64,000 nt of DNA. Source: Longimicrobiales bacterium (GTDB lineage: Bacteria > Gemmatimonadota > Gemmatimonadetes > Longimicrobiales > Gaopeijiaceae). Below the pieces are notes generated by a model. It saw only the letters and a list, made by a program, of their open reading frames with translations, was not told the DNA's origin and searched no databases. The stretch is from the NCBI GenBank assembly GCA_965219445.1, contig CBDCNQ010000002.1, positions 192,001 through 256,000 of the forward strand, given 5' to 3'. Position 1 is the first letter of the stretch; each line of letters begins with the position of its first letter. This document shows positions 52,111 to 63,443 of this stretch, piece by piece. A program made the position numbers and the translations under genes.

Positions 52111-52852
52111 TTCTATATCGCCCTTCAGGCCGGAACCGTCATTTACTAGTTCCCGCCTGCAGTCCCCTGGGATGTCGTCACATCGCTTCACCGCTGGTGC
52201 CAGTTGACGCGCCTGGATGGAGGCGCGGATTCTGTCGGCCAACTGAATCGTCTTCCGCCTTGCCTCGAGGACCCGTTGGTGGATGGCGTGGTGGATCTTC
52301 TGCTCCTGCCCATCCGGCTGCGTCTGAGCTTGGTCCGGGACGTTAGCAGCTCCGTTCTCGGCGGCCATATTGTCAACGTCCAAATCTGCCCTGAGGGCTT
52401 CGAAATCAAGAGCCGGGAAGCTCAGTTCACCGGAGTAGCGGGGCTGAATGGTTGGTGGTCCAAACCAGCCCCTGACGAACCGAGTGAACCGCGCCCACGC
52501 CCCCCCTCTGCGCTCATTCATGCTGAGGCATTGTACTGGTCCACAGGCCCGGCCGGTCTCTATATATGGCAGCCCTTTGGGCGGCACTCAGACGAGCGAG
52601 TGGATTGGACATTGGCGAACTCCTACTTCAGACGGGGGTAAAACATCTTATGTGCGGGCCGGTAGGCGCAAGTCGTCGGCTGCTGCTTTGGACCGCGCCC
52701 ACTCCGCTGGTGCCGACTTGGGATCTCGAAATCAGGTCCAAATGAATGGCCACGGCCGGGCTTCCAAGACGCGTGGCAGGACGACGAGAGGACACGGGTC
52801 GGCAGCCCGTCCACCTTGCCCCCCCACCCCCCACCCCAGCACCTTTGAACCC

Positions 52853-53135
52853 ATGACTTGCTTGCTCCCGCACACCATGATCGCACTGACCACCCTCCTC
52901 CTCGCCCTCCCCACCCCCACCCCAGCACAGGACGCACAGCAAGACGACCCCTACATCCAGATCACCTTCCTCGACGTAGGCCAAGCCGACGCTGTCGTCA
53001 TCCGCGCACCAGAAGGTCAGACCGCACTCATCGACGCCGGACGAAGCAATCCGCTCCATTTGCTCAGCGACATGGACATCGACGAGATCGACCTCCTGGT
53101 CGCTACCCATCCACATGCCGACCACATCGGCGGGA
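52853..53135 (+). pseudogene. N-terminus of a ComEC/Rec2-like metallo-beta-lactamase-fold protein, cut by IS256
   Basis: ITFLDVGQADAVVI..LIDAG..VATHPHADHIGG. Confidence 0.85.
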
Positions 53136-54529
53136 GGTCAAGTTCCGAGTTGTGTGTAAAAGTGAGGGGAAGCTCCTCGATGCTTCGGTCAGGCTGCCTT
53201 GGCGACCTCCTTGGGCTCGAGGAGTGAGAGGTCCAGGTAACGGCGCTCGCTCCAGACCGCAGTAGTCCTCAGAGCAACGGCGGTGATGAGGCGGAGTGCA
53301 CTGGCTCGGTCGGGGAAGGCGCCGGCGCTCCGGATCCGACGCTTGATCTCGGTGTGCAGGCGCTCGAGGCTGTTCGTGGTGCGTAGCCTGGCCCAGTGGG
53401 GCTCGGGAAACGCGTAGAACTGGGTGGCGGCCGTGAAGCCCCGCTCGAGCACCCTCATTGCCTCGGGGAGTTCGTTGTGCCGGCGCGCCGTGATCTCGGC
53501 CAGGCGCTTCTTCGCCTTAGCGAGCCCGGGGGCCCGGAAGACGGCGGCAACCTCGCGCGCCACACGCTTGCGCAGGCGATGCGGGACCTTGGCCAGCACG
53601 TTGCGTTGCAGGTGCACGGTGCAGCGCTGACGGCGCACCTCAGGCAAGAAGCGGCGCAGCGCAGCTGCCAGGCCCGCGTGCTCGTCGGCGATCACCAGTT
53701 CGACGCCGCTGAGACCTCGCTCCAGGAGCTGCTCGAGGAGCTCGGACCAACTGTCCTCTGACTCCTCAGGGCCTAGCGTGATGGCCAGGAGCCGGCGGTG
53801 ACCGTCCGGATCCACCGCGTAGGCCACGAGCGCGCTCACGTTCTCGACCTTCCTGGCCCAGCGCGCATCGAGGAACGTCGCGTCCAGATACAGATAGGGG
53901 TGAGGCCCCTCGATGGGTGCGTTCCGCAGCGCTTCTACAGCCCCATCGAGCCGCTTCGCGACCAGCCTTACCGTCGAGCGTCCCACGCGCTCACCCAGCA
54001 GTGCTTCGGTCACGTCGCCCATCTTGCGCTGCGACACACCGCTCACGTAGGCCTCCACCATCATCTCGTCCACTTCTTCACTCCTGCGCCGGTAGCGGCC
54101 CATCACGTCGGCGGGCGAGCCGCCTTCCCGGCTGCGCGGCACCATCACGTCGATCTGACCCAAGCTCGTGAGCAGGCGCCTGAGGTACGTGCCGTTCCTG
54201 TGGTCCTTCCGGCTGCCGACCCGCTCGAAACGACGCGCTCCGACCATCGCTTTCAACTCCTCCTCCAGCACCATCTCGAGCGTCACACGGATCGCGCCCT
54301 GAAACAACGACTTTAAATCCTGCCGTAACTCATCTTGCGTGGCCCGCTCAACTTCAACCATCTTTTCCATGAGGAAGCTCCTTTCCGGTTCCGGACCTGC
54401 TGGCGCAGGCCCGGACTCCCCGGGTTCATGTGATGATGAACATTCACAAGGAGCTTCCTCTCTCTTTCCCGGGCTCTCCACCCTCCCCGGACCCCTCACC
54501 CCCTTTTACACAAATATCGCGACACTACC
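53136..54529 (-). mobile_element. Complete IS256-family element (1394 bp)
   Basis: Ends GGTCAAGTTCCGAGTTGTGTGTAAAA and TTTTACACAAATATCGCGACACTACC; intact transposase. Confidence 0.93.
53189..54370 (-). CDS. IS256-family transposase
   Basis: HRNGTYLR, YLYLDAT, VIADEHAGL, QRCTVHLQRN, RTTNSLERLH.EIKRR. Confidence 0.93.
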   Translation of the reverse strand: MEKMVEVERATQDELRQDLKSLFQGAIRVTLEMVLEEELKAMVGARRFERVGSRKDHRNGTYLRRLLTSLGQIDVMVPRSREGGSPADVMGRYRRRSEEVDEMMVEAYVSGVSQRKMGDVTEALLGERVGRSTVRLVAKRLDGAVEALRNAPIEGPHPYLYLDATFLDARWARKVENVSALVAYAVDPDGHRRLLAITLGPEESEDSWSELLEQLLERGLSGVELVIADEHAGLAAALRRFLPEVRRQRCTVHLQRNVLAKVPHRLRKRVAREVAAVFRAPGLAKAKKRLAEITARRHNELPEAMRVLERGFTAATQFYAFPEPHWARLRTTNSLERLHTEIKRRIRSAGAFPDRASALRLITAVALRTTAVWSERRYLDLSLLEPKEVAKAA

Positions 54530-54788
54530 AGTTGTGGGTCCTGGTGGCACAGTGACGTTCGTCCGCCGAAGTGGGATCGGTATGGTGCCGGACTCCATTG
54601 AGACCACGCTCGATGATGCCGGACAGTTTCTGGTGAACCCCGACCCCGTGGGCGTCGGGGACGTCATCGCCGACCTGACGATACGTCATCCGACCCTGGA
54701 CGGTCCGAAAACAACCACCGGAATCCGGGTCTCCACTCGCCATATGGACGTGCCCATCGATCTGAGTCAGGTTCTATATCTACCGTAG
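54530..54788 (+). pseudogene. C-terminal part of the lipoprotein split from 37712-38181
   Basis: VVGPGGTVTFVRRSG..TTLDDAGQF resembles the first repeat (GVELVFRRTAG..TTDGDGLY) and joins the N-part in frame. Confidence 0.7.
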
Positions 54789-54860
54789 GTAATGCCTTAG
54801 GAAGTGGTGGGTGTCCGGCTCGAATTGAAGTACATTGATGTGTTTCACATCGATGGGTGA

Positions 54861-55523
54861 ATGTTTTCAGGTGTTGTGGATGATATGGAATACCGTGCGA
54901 AGATGAGGAGAGCGTACCCGCTCGTCGCGAGTCTGGCCTTGATCGGAGCCGGTTTCCTCCCCGCCATGGCCCAAGATACGGCCTCCCCTGGTGGACTCGT
55001 ACTGCCGGGAGACCGGATCGGGATCCGGGCCTGGACGGCGAGAGAGATGGATGGGCCTTATGACGTCGACGAACTCGGTAACGTCATCCTGCCGCGACTG
55101 GGACGGGTGACCGTGGGTGGGCTGACCACTTCCCAGGTCCGAGACTCTCTGCAGAGGTCGTACGAGGAGTTCCTTCGTGGGGCTACTGTGGAGGTTCGGG
55201 TGCTTCGCCGCGTGGGCGTCGGTGGAGAGGTGCGCCTACCCTCTCTCTACTGGGTCGATTCCACGATCTCCCTCCGCGATGCCATAGCCATGGCGGGGGG
55301 AATGACTCCTATGGGAAATCCCGGCCGTGTACTCCTTCTCAGATCCGGTACGCGCACCACGATCGATCTGGAGGCCGCGAGCAGCGATCTGCCGACCGCG
55401 CTTCTCTCGGGTGACCAGGTCGTGGTCCCGCTCAGGAGCTGGCTCTCTCGTAACGCGCCTCTTGTAGTGACTACGAGTGTGAGCTTGATCACGGTATTCA
55501 CCGGGATACTTCTAGCCCGATGA
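54861..55523 (+). CDS. Polysaccharide export protein (Wza/SLBB family); true start may be slightly downstream
   Basis: LPGDRI, VDELGNVILPRLG.V.VGGLT, VGGEVRLP, DAIAMAGG, LLSGDQVVVP. Confidence 0.85.
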   Translation: MFSGVVDDMEYRAKMRRAYPLVASLALIGAGFLPAMAQDTASPGGLVLPGDRIGIRAWTAREMDGPYDVDELGNVILPRLGRVTVGGLTTSQVRDSLQRSYEEFLRGATVEVRVLRRVGVGGEVRLPSLYWVDSTISLRDAIAMAGGMTPMGNPGRVLLLRSGTRTTIDLEAASSDLPTALLSGDQVVVPLRSWLSRNAPLVVTTSVSLITVFTGILLAR

Positions 55524-57688
55524 AGGATTCCGCTCCCCAGACGATCAGCCTCCAGGAGATAACGGCGGCTTTGTGGAGAGGCCGATTGCTGCTCGTGCTG
55601 GGGCCGACGTTGGGTGTGGCCCTCGCGCTGTCGCTTTCATGGATTCTGCCGCCGCGTTATGAGGCTTGGACGACGGTCGTGCTCCGCGACCGACTTGAAT
55701 CGGGGGGCGCTTCAGCGTTGGGTGGCGGATCGGGGCGTGGGGGGGGGTCCAGTCGAGGGGGATCGGGGGGACGAGGGCCGGCGTCAGGGGGTGGCGCCCA
55801 AGGGCTGGGGAGCCTTCTTTCTCTGCCTGGTATGTTCGGTGGTGGTGTTTCGACCGAAATCGAGATTCTGGCCAGCAGAGATCTGGTTCGCCGCATGGCA
55901 CGCCAGATCGGCCTTCCCGTGACGCTTCTCAGACCACGGGGGCTTCCCGCCGATTCGCTTTTTGAATCGATCGAGATCGTGGGGGCGATCGGGAAGCGGG
56001 GTATTTATCGGTTCACTAGGGAGGGATCAGGTTTCCGTGTGAAGGGGAGCTATGGAGTGGACCAGACGGTGGAACCGGGGGCTCCTCTGGAGGTCCCGGG
56101 TGCCGTATTGAGACTCCGTCGGACGCCAATTCCGTCCTCCTTCAAGATCAGGGTGGAGGATCTGGAAGAGACCGTCGAACGCATCGCCCGCCAAAGTGTT
56201 CTCGATAGGATCCTTCAGGGGAGCGCAGCGGAAGTGTCCGACGTCGCCCGTGACATTGGCGAGGTCGTCTTCAGTGCCCGGGACCGGTGGACGGCTGCTG
56301 CTGCTGCCAACACACTCGTCGAACTCTACCTCTCGGACCGGGAGGGGCGACGCGGTCTCCTTCAAGCAGAACGGGAGGCACTTCTTGCACTTCTTGCCGA
56401 CAGCGTGGCGGGCGAGTCGGCACAAGCCGTGACTTCTTATCGTGAGTACCAGGAATCCCGGGCAAGATTCGACCCCGACCGATTGGGAGACGTGGAGCGG
56501 GTGGTCCTATTGCGGACGCAAGCCGACGCCCTGGGCATGGAGTTGGGCGTGGTCGACCGGTTGCTCGAAGGGAGTGGCAGAGATTCTCTCTCAACCAGCA
56601 TCATCCTTGGAACTCCATCGCTTGCCCAGAATGGGGCGCTACGGAGCCTGCTCGATCGCCTCTACTCGGTACGCGCCCAACGCTCCAGCCTACTGGAGCT
56701 GAGAACAGAGCGCGACTCAGAGGTTCAGGCACTCGACCGGAGCATCGAGTTCCTCATGGAAGAGTTGGAGCAAATGGTGGTGGTTCACCAGGCGTCGCTG
56801 CGAGAGCGCCTGGCGGAGCTGGGATCGGAACTGGAGGAGTATCGCGACGCTCTTTCGACCCGTCCGGCCGACGACGCCGCGAATTTTTCTCTCCAGGGAG
56901 AAATGGAGAGGCTCACAGGCACGTTTGTGAGTGTGCAGGCACAGTTGGTCCAGGCTCGCCTAACGGCGATAGGCCAGGGGCGCGACCTGCGTCAAATCGA
57001 TGTCGCCATGCCTCCGAGAAAACCTGAGTTCCCAAGGCTACCGGTGAACATCTTGCTCGGGATTCTCGTCGGAATGTTCGTGGGGGTGTCAGGAGCCCTC
57101 CTTCAAGGGGCGGTCACGAATCGGGTCTTCGACGCGAACCAGCTTCGCGCTGTAACGGACCTCCCCGTGGCTACGACAGACGCGTCCGGCTCGCTTCTCC
57201 TCATGGGACTGGAAGAAGTGAGAAGCGTCGTGATCGTGCCACTTGGTGAGGCCGCCAGCGCCACGAACGTGGCCCGGTGGCTTGCACAAGCCATCGCCGT
57301 TAGCTCGGGGCGGGCGTCGTTGCTCAATCTGGCCAATGGCGTCGGCGCACCGGCGGTTCCTTCGCCAGAGCACCTCAGGCTTATCGAGGCGGGGCCAGAA
57401 AACGCTTATCACGAACTCGTCCCGGAGGCAGTGGAATCCGGAGTTACGGGTGTCGTTCCGCATAGCTGGGCCCAGTCTATCGTGGACCTCGAGGAGCGGG
57501 AGGGCCCCCTCGTGATAGCAGTGTCCGGGTTGGGTGCGCCTCTGGCTCGCACCCTACTCGATCCGGAACGCCCGGTCATCTTGAGCCTGGAGCGCGGCGC
57601 GTCGGTCCTTTCCGACGTTGTGGAGGCTACCACGGATTTGGAGCGCTTTGGCTTTACGGTCGCCGGAATCGTTTTGACACGGACGTAA
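55520..57688 (+). CDS. Wzc/GumC-like polysaccharide co-polymerase with degenerate kinase domain
   Basis: N-terminal TM + PPRYEA, TEIEILASR, coiled coil, IDVAMPP..P + TM; no Walker A motif. Confidence 0.8.
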   Translation: MKDSAPQTISLQEITAALWRGRLLLVLGPTLGVALALSLSWILPPRYEAWTTVVLRDRLESGGASALGGGSGRGGGSSRGGSGGRGPASGGGAQGLGSLLSLPGMFGGGVSTEIEILASRDLVRRMARQIGLPVTLLRPRGLPADSLFESIEIVGAIGKRGIYRFTREGSGFRVKGSYGVDQTVEPGAPLEVPGAVLRLRRTPIPSSFKIRVEDLEETVERIARQSVLDRILQGSAAEVSDVARDIGEVVFSARDRWTAAAAANTLVELYLSDREGRRGLLQAEREALLALLADSVAGESAQAVTSYREYQESRARFDPDRLGDVERVVLLRTQADALGMELGVVDRLLEGSGRDSLSTSIILGTPSLAQNGALRSLLDRLYSVRAQRSSLLELRTERDSEVQALDRSIEFLMEELEQMVVVHQASLRERLAELGSELEEYRDALSTRPADDAANFSLQGEMERLTGTFVSVQAQLVQARLTAIGQGRDLRQIDVAMPPRKPEFPRLPVNILLGILVGMFVGVSGALLQGAVTNRVFDANQLRAVTDLPVATTDASGSLLLMGLEEVRSVVIVPLGEAASATNVARWLAQAIAVSSGRASLLNLANGVGAPAVPSPEHLRLIEAGPENAYHELVPEAVESGVTGVVPHSWAQSIVDLEEREGPLVIAVSGLGAPLARTLLDPERPVILSLERGASVLSDVVEATTDLERFGFTVAGIVLTRT

Positions 57689-57690
57689 TC

Positions 57691-59055
57691 GTGGCCCTGC
57701 AGGCTTTCGATCTTCGCCCGCGTACACGGTCCGCGGACGGAACGGTTCGTCATGAAGTGGGGGCGAATCGAGGAGTCCGAATCGTCGCCCTCCTTTCCTT
57801 CTCGATGTTCACGATGGTGGTGGGTCAACTCGGGCGCGTCCCACTCCTGAGTGCTGGTGCGAAGGAGGCTCCCCTCCTCGCCAACGATGTGGCGGTGGTC
57901 GTTGCCGTCGTGGCCGGCCTTTGGCTGTCGTTGAGAAATCGCGATCTCCGACTGGACGCGGTCACGCTCGTTGCCCTCGGCTTTGCGGGGGTGGGTGGCC
58001 TGTCGGCGTTGATGTCCCTTCCGCGCTTCGGCCTATCTGGGTTCGAGTTGGCGTTCTCGCTGGCTTACCTGCTTCGTTGGGCCGTCTATTTGGGACTCTA
58101 CGTCGTGGTGATCGACACGCTAAGCCCACGGGACGGCCGAGAGTTGCTCAAGGTCTTCGAAGGGGCCGTTCTGGTGTTTGCCGTTTTCGGCATCCTTCAG
58201 TCCATTTTTCTGCCCGGTTTTGCACAGATCGTGTTCCCCGACGCCGAACTGTATACGCAGTGGGACCCACAGGGCCGGCGCCTCGTGTCGACGTTTCTCG
58301 ATCCGAATCTGGCCGGTGGGCTGATTATGGTGGCTCTGTTGCTTGCGTGTGCCCGACTCGTATCTGGGGAGCCCGTTCCACTTTGGAGGCCTGGCTTACT
58401 CGTGGCAGCGCTCGTGATGACCATGTCTCGAAGCTCCATGCTGGCTTTCGCGGCTGGGTTGGCTGTCATGGCCCTCTTGGTTCGCAGAGTCACGTGGAGG
58501 GCGCTGGCAGGATCCCTGCTGGCGATTGGGGTTGGTCTCATTGCCGCGCCCTGGCTGTTGCGGATGGCAGACTCGTTCGACAGGCTTTCGCTGAACGACG
58601 CTTCGCTCCTGACTCGCTTCGTGAACTGGAGCCGGGCATTAACCGTCCTCGCAGACCACCCCATCGTGGGGGTGGGGTTCAACACGTATGGCTTCGTTCA
58701 GCTTCGCTACGGTTTTGCCGATCTGTCGCAAAGCGCCTTCGGCCTCGACGGGGGCCTACTGTTCATCGCAGTAATGACAGGTTTTGTCGGTGTGACCCTC
58801 TACAGCACCGTCTTGTTTTTGGTGTTACAGGCCTGCACAAAACTATGGAGTGGCGATCGTTCATCGAGCGATGGTTCATCGGTCATCGATGGCGCAGTCG
58901 GGCTTGGGGTCGCCGCTGCCACCGTGGGGCTGGTCATCCATAGCCTCTTCGTAAACAGCATCATCTACCCGCCAATCATGCAGAGCATGTGGATCCTGTG
59001 GGGAATCGTGTTCGTTCTGAATCACCACTCGGGGCCGGGTGAGGTTCCCGTTTGA
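57691..59055 (+). CDS. Wzy/O-antigen ligase-family membrane protein
   Basis: Multi-TM protein; RLVSTFLDPN, TMSRSS, HPIVGVGF. Confidence 0.8.
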   Translation: MALQAFDLRPRTRSADGTVRHEVGANRGVRIVALLSFSMFTMVVGQLGRVPLLSAGAKEAPLLANDVAVVVAVVAGLWLSLRNRDLRLDAVTLVALGFAGVGGLSALMSLPRFGLSGFELAFSLAYLLRWAVYLGLYVVVIDTLSPRDGRELLKVFEGAVLVFAVFGILQSIFLPGFAQIVFPDAELYTQWDPQGRRLVSTFLDPNLAGGLIMVALLLACARLVSGEPVPLWRPGLLVAALVMTMSRSSMLAFAAGLAVMALLVRRVTWRALAGSLLAIGVGLIAAPWLLRMADSFDRLSLNDASLLTRFVNWSRALTVLADHPIVGVGFNTYGFVQLRYGFADLSQSAFGLDGGLLFIAVMTGFVGVTLYSTVLFLVLQACTKLWSGDRSSSDGSSVIDGAVGLGVAAATVGLVIHSLFVNSIIYPPIMQSMWILWGIVFVLNHHSGPGEVPV

Positions 59056-60164
59056 GGATTCTGATCGACGCGCGAATGCTGAACGCGGGTGGTATCGGAC
59101 GCGTTGTTCGTGCGGTCAGTCAGCGGTGGCTCGCGGATTCACGTGTGCGTGAGATCCACTTTCTGGGATCCCGTTCCGAGATCGAGCGGTGGCTTCCCAC
59201 GGTGGACGCTCGTGGCATCGGGACCGTAGTTCGGTGGCCGGGTTCGACCTACTCCGTCATGCGCCAGGTTGCCTGGCCTTTCGTCTTTTCCAGGCTGAGC
59301 AAGAAGGTGGACGTTTGCCTCTTCCCCCACTATAACGCTCCGATCCTCGGCCATCCCGCCCGTTCGGTGGTGATCGTACATGATCTGATCCATTTCCGCT
59401 TCCCGTCCGGGTTCCCTCTGAGAGTGAGGGCCCCCGGGCGCTTTTTGATGAGATCGGCGCTTCACAAGGCCAGTCGCCTCGTTACGGTATCGCAGCACTG
59501 CCGTGATGATATCGTCCGGTGGAGCCCGAGCACGGCGGACAAGCTCTCGGTCATCACGCCGGGCTTGAGTGAGGTGTTCCGGCCTCTAGAGGAAGGAGAG
59601 CGTGCGGACGCTCAGCAGCGTTGGGGGGGGTTGGGACCGCTCCTGCTGACGGTTGGGCCGACTAAGCCGCACAAGAACTTGGAGTTGGCTGTCGAAGTGC
59701 TGGCGGAAGTCCGGCGGGTTCAGCCCAACCTGAAGCTCATCATGGTCGGGGCCGCGGGACCGGGACTCCGGGACCTTTACCGGAGGGCTGCCGCGTTGGG
59801 TGTGGAGGACGCCGTGGTCGGCCTCGGGTTCCTAAGGGATGAGTATCTCCGTGAGTTGTACTGTATGGCCGACGCGCTCCTGTTCCCCTCCAAGTACGAG
59901 GGGTTTGGTATTCCGCCGCTCGAAGCCATGGCGTGCGGCTGTCCGGTGGTCGCTTCGAGTTTGACGTCGATACCGGAAGCCGTTGGGGACGCCGGTTGGC
60001 TTGTGGATCCTGGGAATAAGGAAGAGTGGGTACGGGCGGTGACGGAGGCAGTTGTCGAGTCAAGGGGGCAGCGCTTGAAGGCTGGCCGCCTTTGGGCATC
60101 GGGATTCTCTTGGGATCAGACCGCTGAGAAACTGCTCGAGGTGGTTGCGGCGGTAGCGGCGTGA
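59052..60164 (+). CDS. Glycosyltransferase family 4
   Basis: [39 protein letters not shown]. Confidence 0.9.
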   Translation: MRILIDARMLNAGGIGRVVRAVSQRWLADSRVREIHFLGSRSEIERWLPTVDARGIGTVVRWPGSTYSVMRQVAWPFVFSRLSKKVDVCLFPHYNAPILGHPARSVVIVHDLIHFRFPSGFPLRVRAPGRFLMRSALHKASRLVTVSQHCRDDIVRWSPSTADKLSVITPGLSEVFRPLEEGERADAQQRWGGLGPLLLTVGPTKPHKNLELAVEVLAEVRRVQPNLKLIMVGAAGPGLRDLYRRAAALGVEDAVVGLGFLRDEYLRELYCMADALLFPSKYEGFGIPPLEAMACGCPVVASSLTSIPEAVGDAGWLVDPGNKEEWVRAVTEAVVESRGQRLKAGRLWASGFSWDQTAEKLLEVVAAVAA

Positions 60165-60289
60165 GCTCATAGGCTCACCCTCGCACTTAGAGTTGGACGG
60201 AGATTCCACCGATCCGACTCGAAATCCCGATTCAGGTTCCAGGTCACCGTAAGGCCTCCGGTCCACTCCCAGCGACCCTTGAACCAGAT

Positions 60290-61110
60290 TGACCTGCCCC
60301 CAAGAGTGGTACCACATCCTATGTTAGTCCCAGCACCTGTGGAGGGCCGTGAAGGACGGGCATCCTCAGGAACCAGGGCGAGGGCTTAATCGCCTCAGGG
60401 GCCGGGGGAAAGCCGCCGCAGGCGCTGTGGGGTCGGACGGTATTGTACTCGCGCCTCCATTGCTCGACCAGCACGGCCGCCTCCGCCAACGAGTAGAAGA
60501 TCTCCCCGTTCAACAGCTCGTCCCTGAGCTTGCCGTTGAAGCTCTCGTTGTAGCCGTTCTCCCACGGGCTGCCCGGCTCGATAAAGAGCGTCTCGACGCC
60601 CACGCGCCCCAACCACCGCCGCACGAGCTTCGCGGTGAACTCCGCAGTCCGTTGTCCGACCTCAGATACTCGGGAGGCCCGTGTCGGACGAACAGATCGG
60701 CCAGCACCTCGAGCACGTCGTGGGCTCGGATCTTGCGAGCCACCACGATCGCCAGGCACTCCCTCGTGTGCTCGTCCAGCACTGTCAGCAGCTTCAGCGC
60801 ACGCCCGTCGTGCGTCCTCGAGGCCACGAAGTCGTACGACCAGACGTGGCCCCGATACAGCGGCCTCAGCCGGATGCACGATCCGTCGTTGAGCCACAGC
60901 CGACCTCGCTTCGGCTGCCGCTGCGGCACCTTCAGCCCCTCCTGCCTCCAGATCCGCTCCACCCGCTTGTGCTTCACCCCCCAGCCCTCGATGCGGAGCA
61001 TGTCCGTGACGCGTCGGTAGCCGTAGCGGCCGAATCGACTCGCGAGTCGCACGATATCACCTCGGAGCGCCCCCTCGTCACTCGCCACTTTCCTCGCCCG
61101 GCGCTGGGTC
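60290..61110 (-). mobile_element. IS3-family element, 5'-truncated, orfB frameshifted near 60645
   Basis: Same right end as 46320; YGYRR, HVWSYDFV, SDNG. Confidence 0.9.
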
Positions 61111-61454
61111 GGCTGTGGCTTATATTTTATAAGTCATTGTTGTTATGATATATATGACGTGACATCAGACTACCATTCCCTCATTACACCCCTCTTTCGA
61201 AACGGGAATCCAGTGGACTGTAGCGGAGGTTCGCGGACGAGCGGTCTGCGAACGCAGACAACCTCGCTGCCTCGCGAAGCGCCAGTGCACCCCGATCGGC
61301 GTAGGCCGTCGGACGAGTCCGCATTCCGCCGATGTCGACGCAAATTGGCGAGCTGCCGGGGAGGAGGCGAAGGAGCGAAGCTCGCCGGAGGGCGGGTTGT
61401 CGATGGCCCCCGTCCCTCTGTCATTGCAAACTGTCAGATGATTTCCGTCTCAGA

Positions 61455-61682
61455 TCACTCGGCACTACTGCGGCTCGCGGCGATCTGTTCTCGGATCCAC
61501 GCATCCACTTCGGACTCGATCCAGCCGACGGCGCGCGCGCCTAGCCGGATCGGTTGGGGAAAGCTCCCGTCGGCCACCCGCACGTAGATCGTGCTCCGCG
61601 CCAGCCCGGTGCGGGCCTGCACTCGAGGTAACCTCAGGACGCGGGCGGGCGCGTCCATGCCCTGTTCCATTGCTCTCGTCAT
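61455..61682 (-). CDS. alpA: AlpA-family regulator/excisionase (second copy)
   Basis: Protein identical to 5476-5703. Confidence 0.92.
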   Translation of the reverse strand: MTRAMEQGMDAPARVLRLPRVQARTGLARSTIYVRVADGSFPQPIRLGARAVGWIESEVDAWIREQIAASRSSAE

Positions 61683-62129
61683 CGGTCTGCCTCCGTTCTG
61701 TTCGGTGAAGAATTCCGGGGCGCGTTGCCCCGGGAGGGAACAGGGGCCACATGGGCCCGGCGGCAGGCTCGATGGACACCGGGACTTAGGTAGGCGGCGC
61801 CGGCGAGCACCCAGGACGGAGCTGACGCACCGGGTTGAGATAGCCCACCGCCTGCAGGTCGAACGTCGACGGCTTCAGGCCCGTGCGCTCGAGGGATGCA
61901 CCCACTCGCGATTCGAAGTGCTTCGTCAGCGTCTCCATGGCAGTCAGGGTCGAGACCCGGCATATGAGGACCCGCTGATGCACTGCGGCGCGTGGCCGAG
62001 CGCGACCGGATGCCGCCTCGGAGGGTGCTTCCAGCGAGTCGAGGGCCGGCCGACGGATCGCGGCGAAGGGCTGCACCGCGGTGCATTGACATCGATGGCT
62101 GGCAGGGCGGCCAGTCCGGGCGGCCGCGA

Positions 62130-63269
62130 CTAGTGCTGTGTAGCCAAAGTCTCTTTCGCTTTGCTGACCTTGGCGATGATGGATTGTGCAGAGGCGGTCC
62201 AGACAAAGGGTGTGGGGTTATCGTTTCTGCGATCGATGTAGTGGTTGATCGCCTCGATTAGTTGGTCCACGCTGGTGACGGCGAGGCGCTTGAGCTGACG
62301 AGTCGTGAGTTCGCTGAAGAAGCGCTCGACGAGATTGAGCCAAGAGGATGAAGTGGGAATGAAGTGGAAGTGGACCCGAGGGTGTTTGTCGAGCCACGCC
62401 CTGACGGCCGGATGCTTGTGGGTGGCGTAGTTGTCGAGGATCACGTGGATGTCGAGTTCGGAAGCCACGCTGCGCTCGATCTTGCGGAGGAACCGCAGAA
62501 ACTCCTGATGCCGGTGGCGCGGCAAGCACTCGTGGACGACCTCCCCGGTGGCTACGTCGAGGGCAGCAAAGAGTGTCGTCGTGCCGTGACGTTTGTAGTC
62601 ATGGGTCATGGTTCCAGCGCGCCCCTTCTTGAGGGGAAGACTTGGCTGGGTGCGGTCGAGGGCTTGGATCTGGCTCTTCTCGTCGAAAGCGAAGACAACG
62701 GCCCGCTCCGGGGGATCGACGTAGAGACCCACCACGTCGCGCAACTTTTCAACGAAGTGAGGATCAGTGGACAGCTTGAAGTACTCGATGCGGTGGGGCT
62801 GTAGTCCATGAGCCCGCCAGATCCGCGAGATGGTGGTCGGATGGACGCCCACTTCCTTGGCCATGAGACGGCAACTCCAGTGCGTGGCGTCTGCGGGCTT
62901 CTCCTCGAGGGTCTTGCGGACAATCTCCGCTTCGTCGTCCGGAGTGATCTTGCGGGGTCGACCCGAGCGTGGTCGGTCCTCAAGCAGCTCTTCAACGCCA
63001 CCTGCCTCGTACCGGTCGAGCCACTGCGTGACCGTCGGCCTCGATACGCCCACCTCCCGGCAGATCGCCGACCCCGACCGTCCCTCGGCAGAGCAGAGAA
63101 CGATGTTGGCCCTTTCGACCACGCGTTGCGGTGTGGTCCGTTTGTTCACCAATCGCTCCAAGCGCCTGCGTTCTCCTCGGCGCAACCGAATCCTACGCAC
63201 TGGAAGTCCCATGCGAGGAATCTATCGCATGTATCTATTATGCAAAAAATTTCTGCTATACTACACTAG
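62130..63269 (-). mobile_element. IS630-family element inserted at CTAG; intact transposase 62130-63212
   Basis: [46 protein letters not shown] at both ends; empty site at 5016-5019. Confidence 0.95.
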
Positions 63270-63443
63270 AAGCTGACACCACAGGGGAGCCATGAGATGT
63301 TTCGACCGCAGGATCGAACCGGGCCTGCGGCCGGCCGCGCGACAAAGCCGCGCTGGCCCACCGCATGCGGGACGGCCATCGCCCGGAGTACGACGCTCGC
63401 AAGGACACCCGGCGCGCCGGGGACACTACTCGTCCGCCGGCGC

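Noticed and set aside
46320..60300. Composite transposon formed by the two IS3 right ends
   Set aside because: Both are same-orientation right-end fragments lacking left ends, and no shared target duplication was seen
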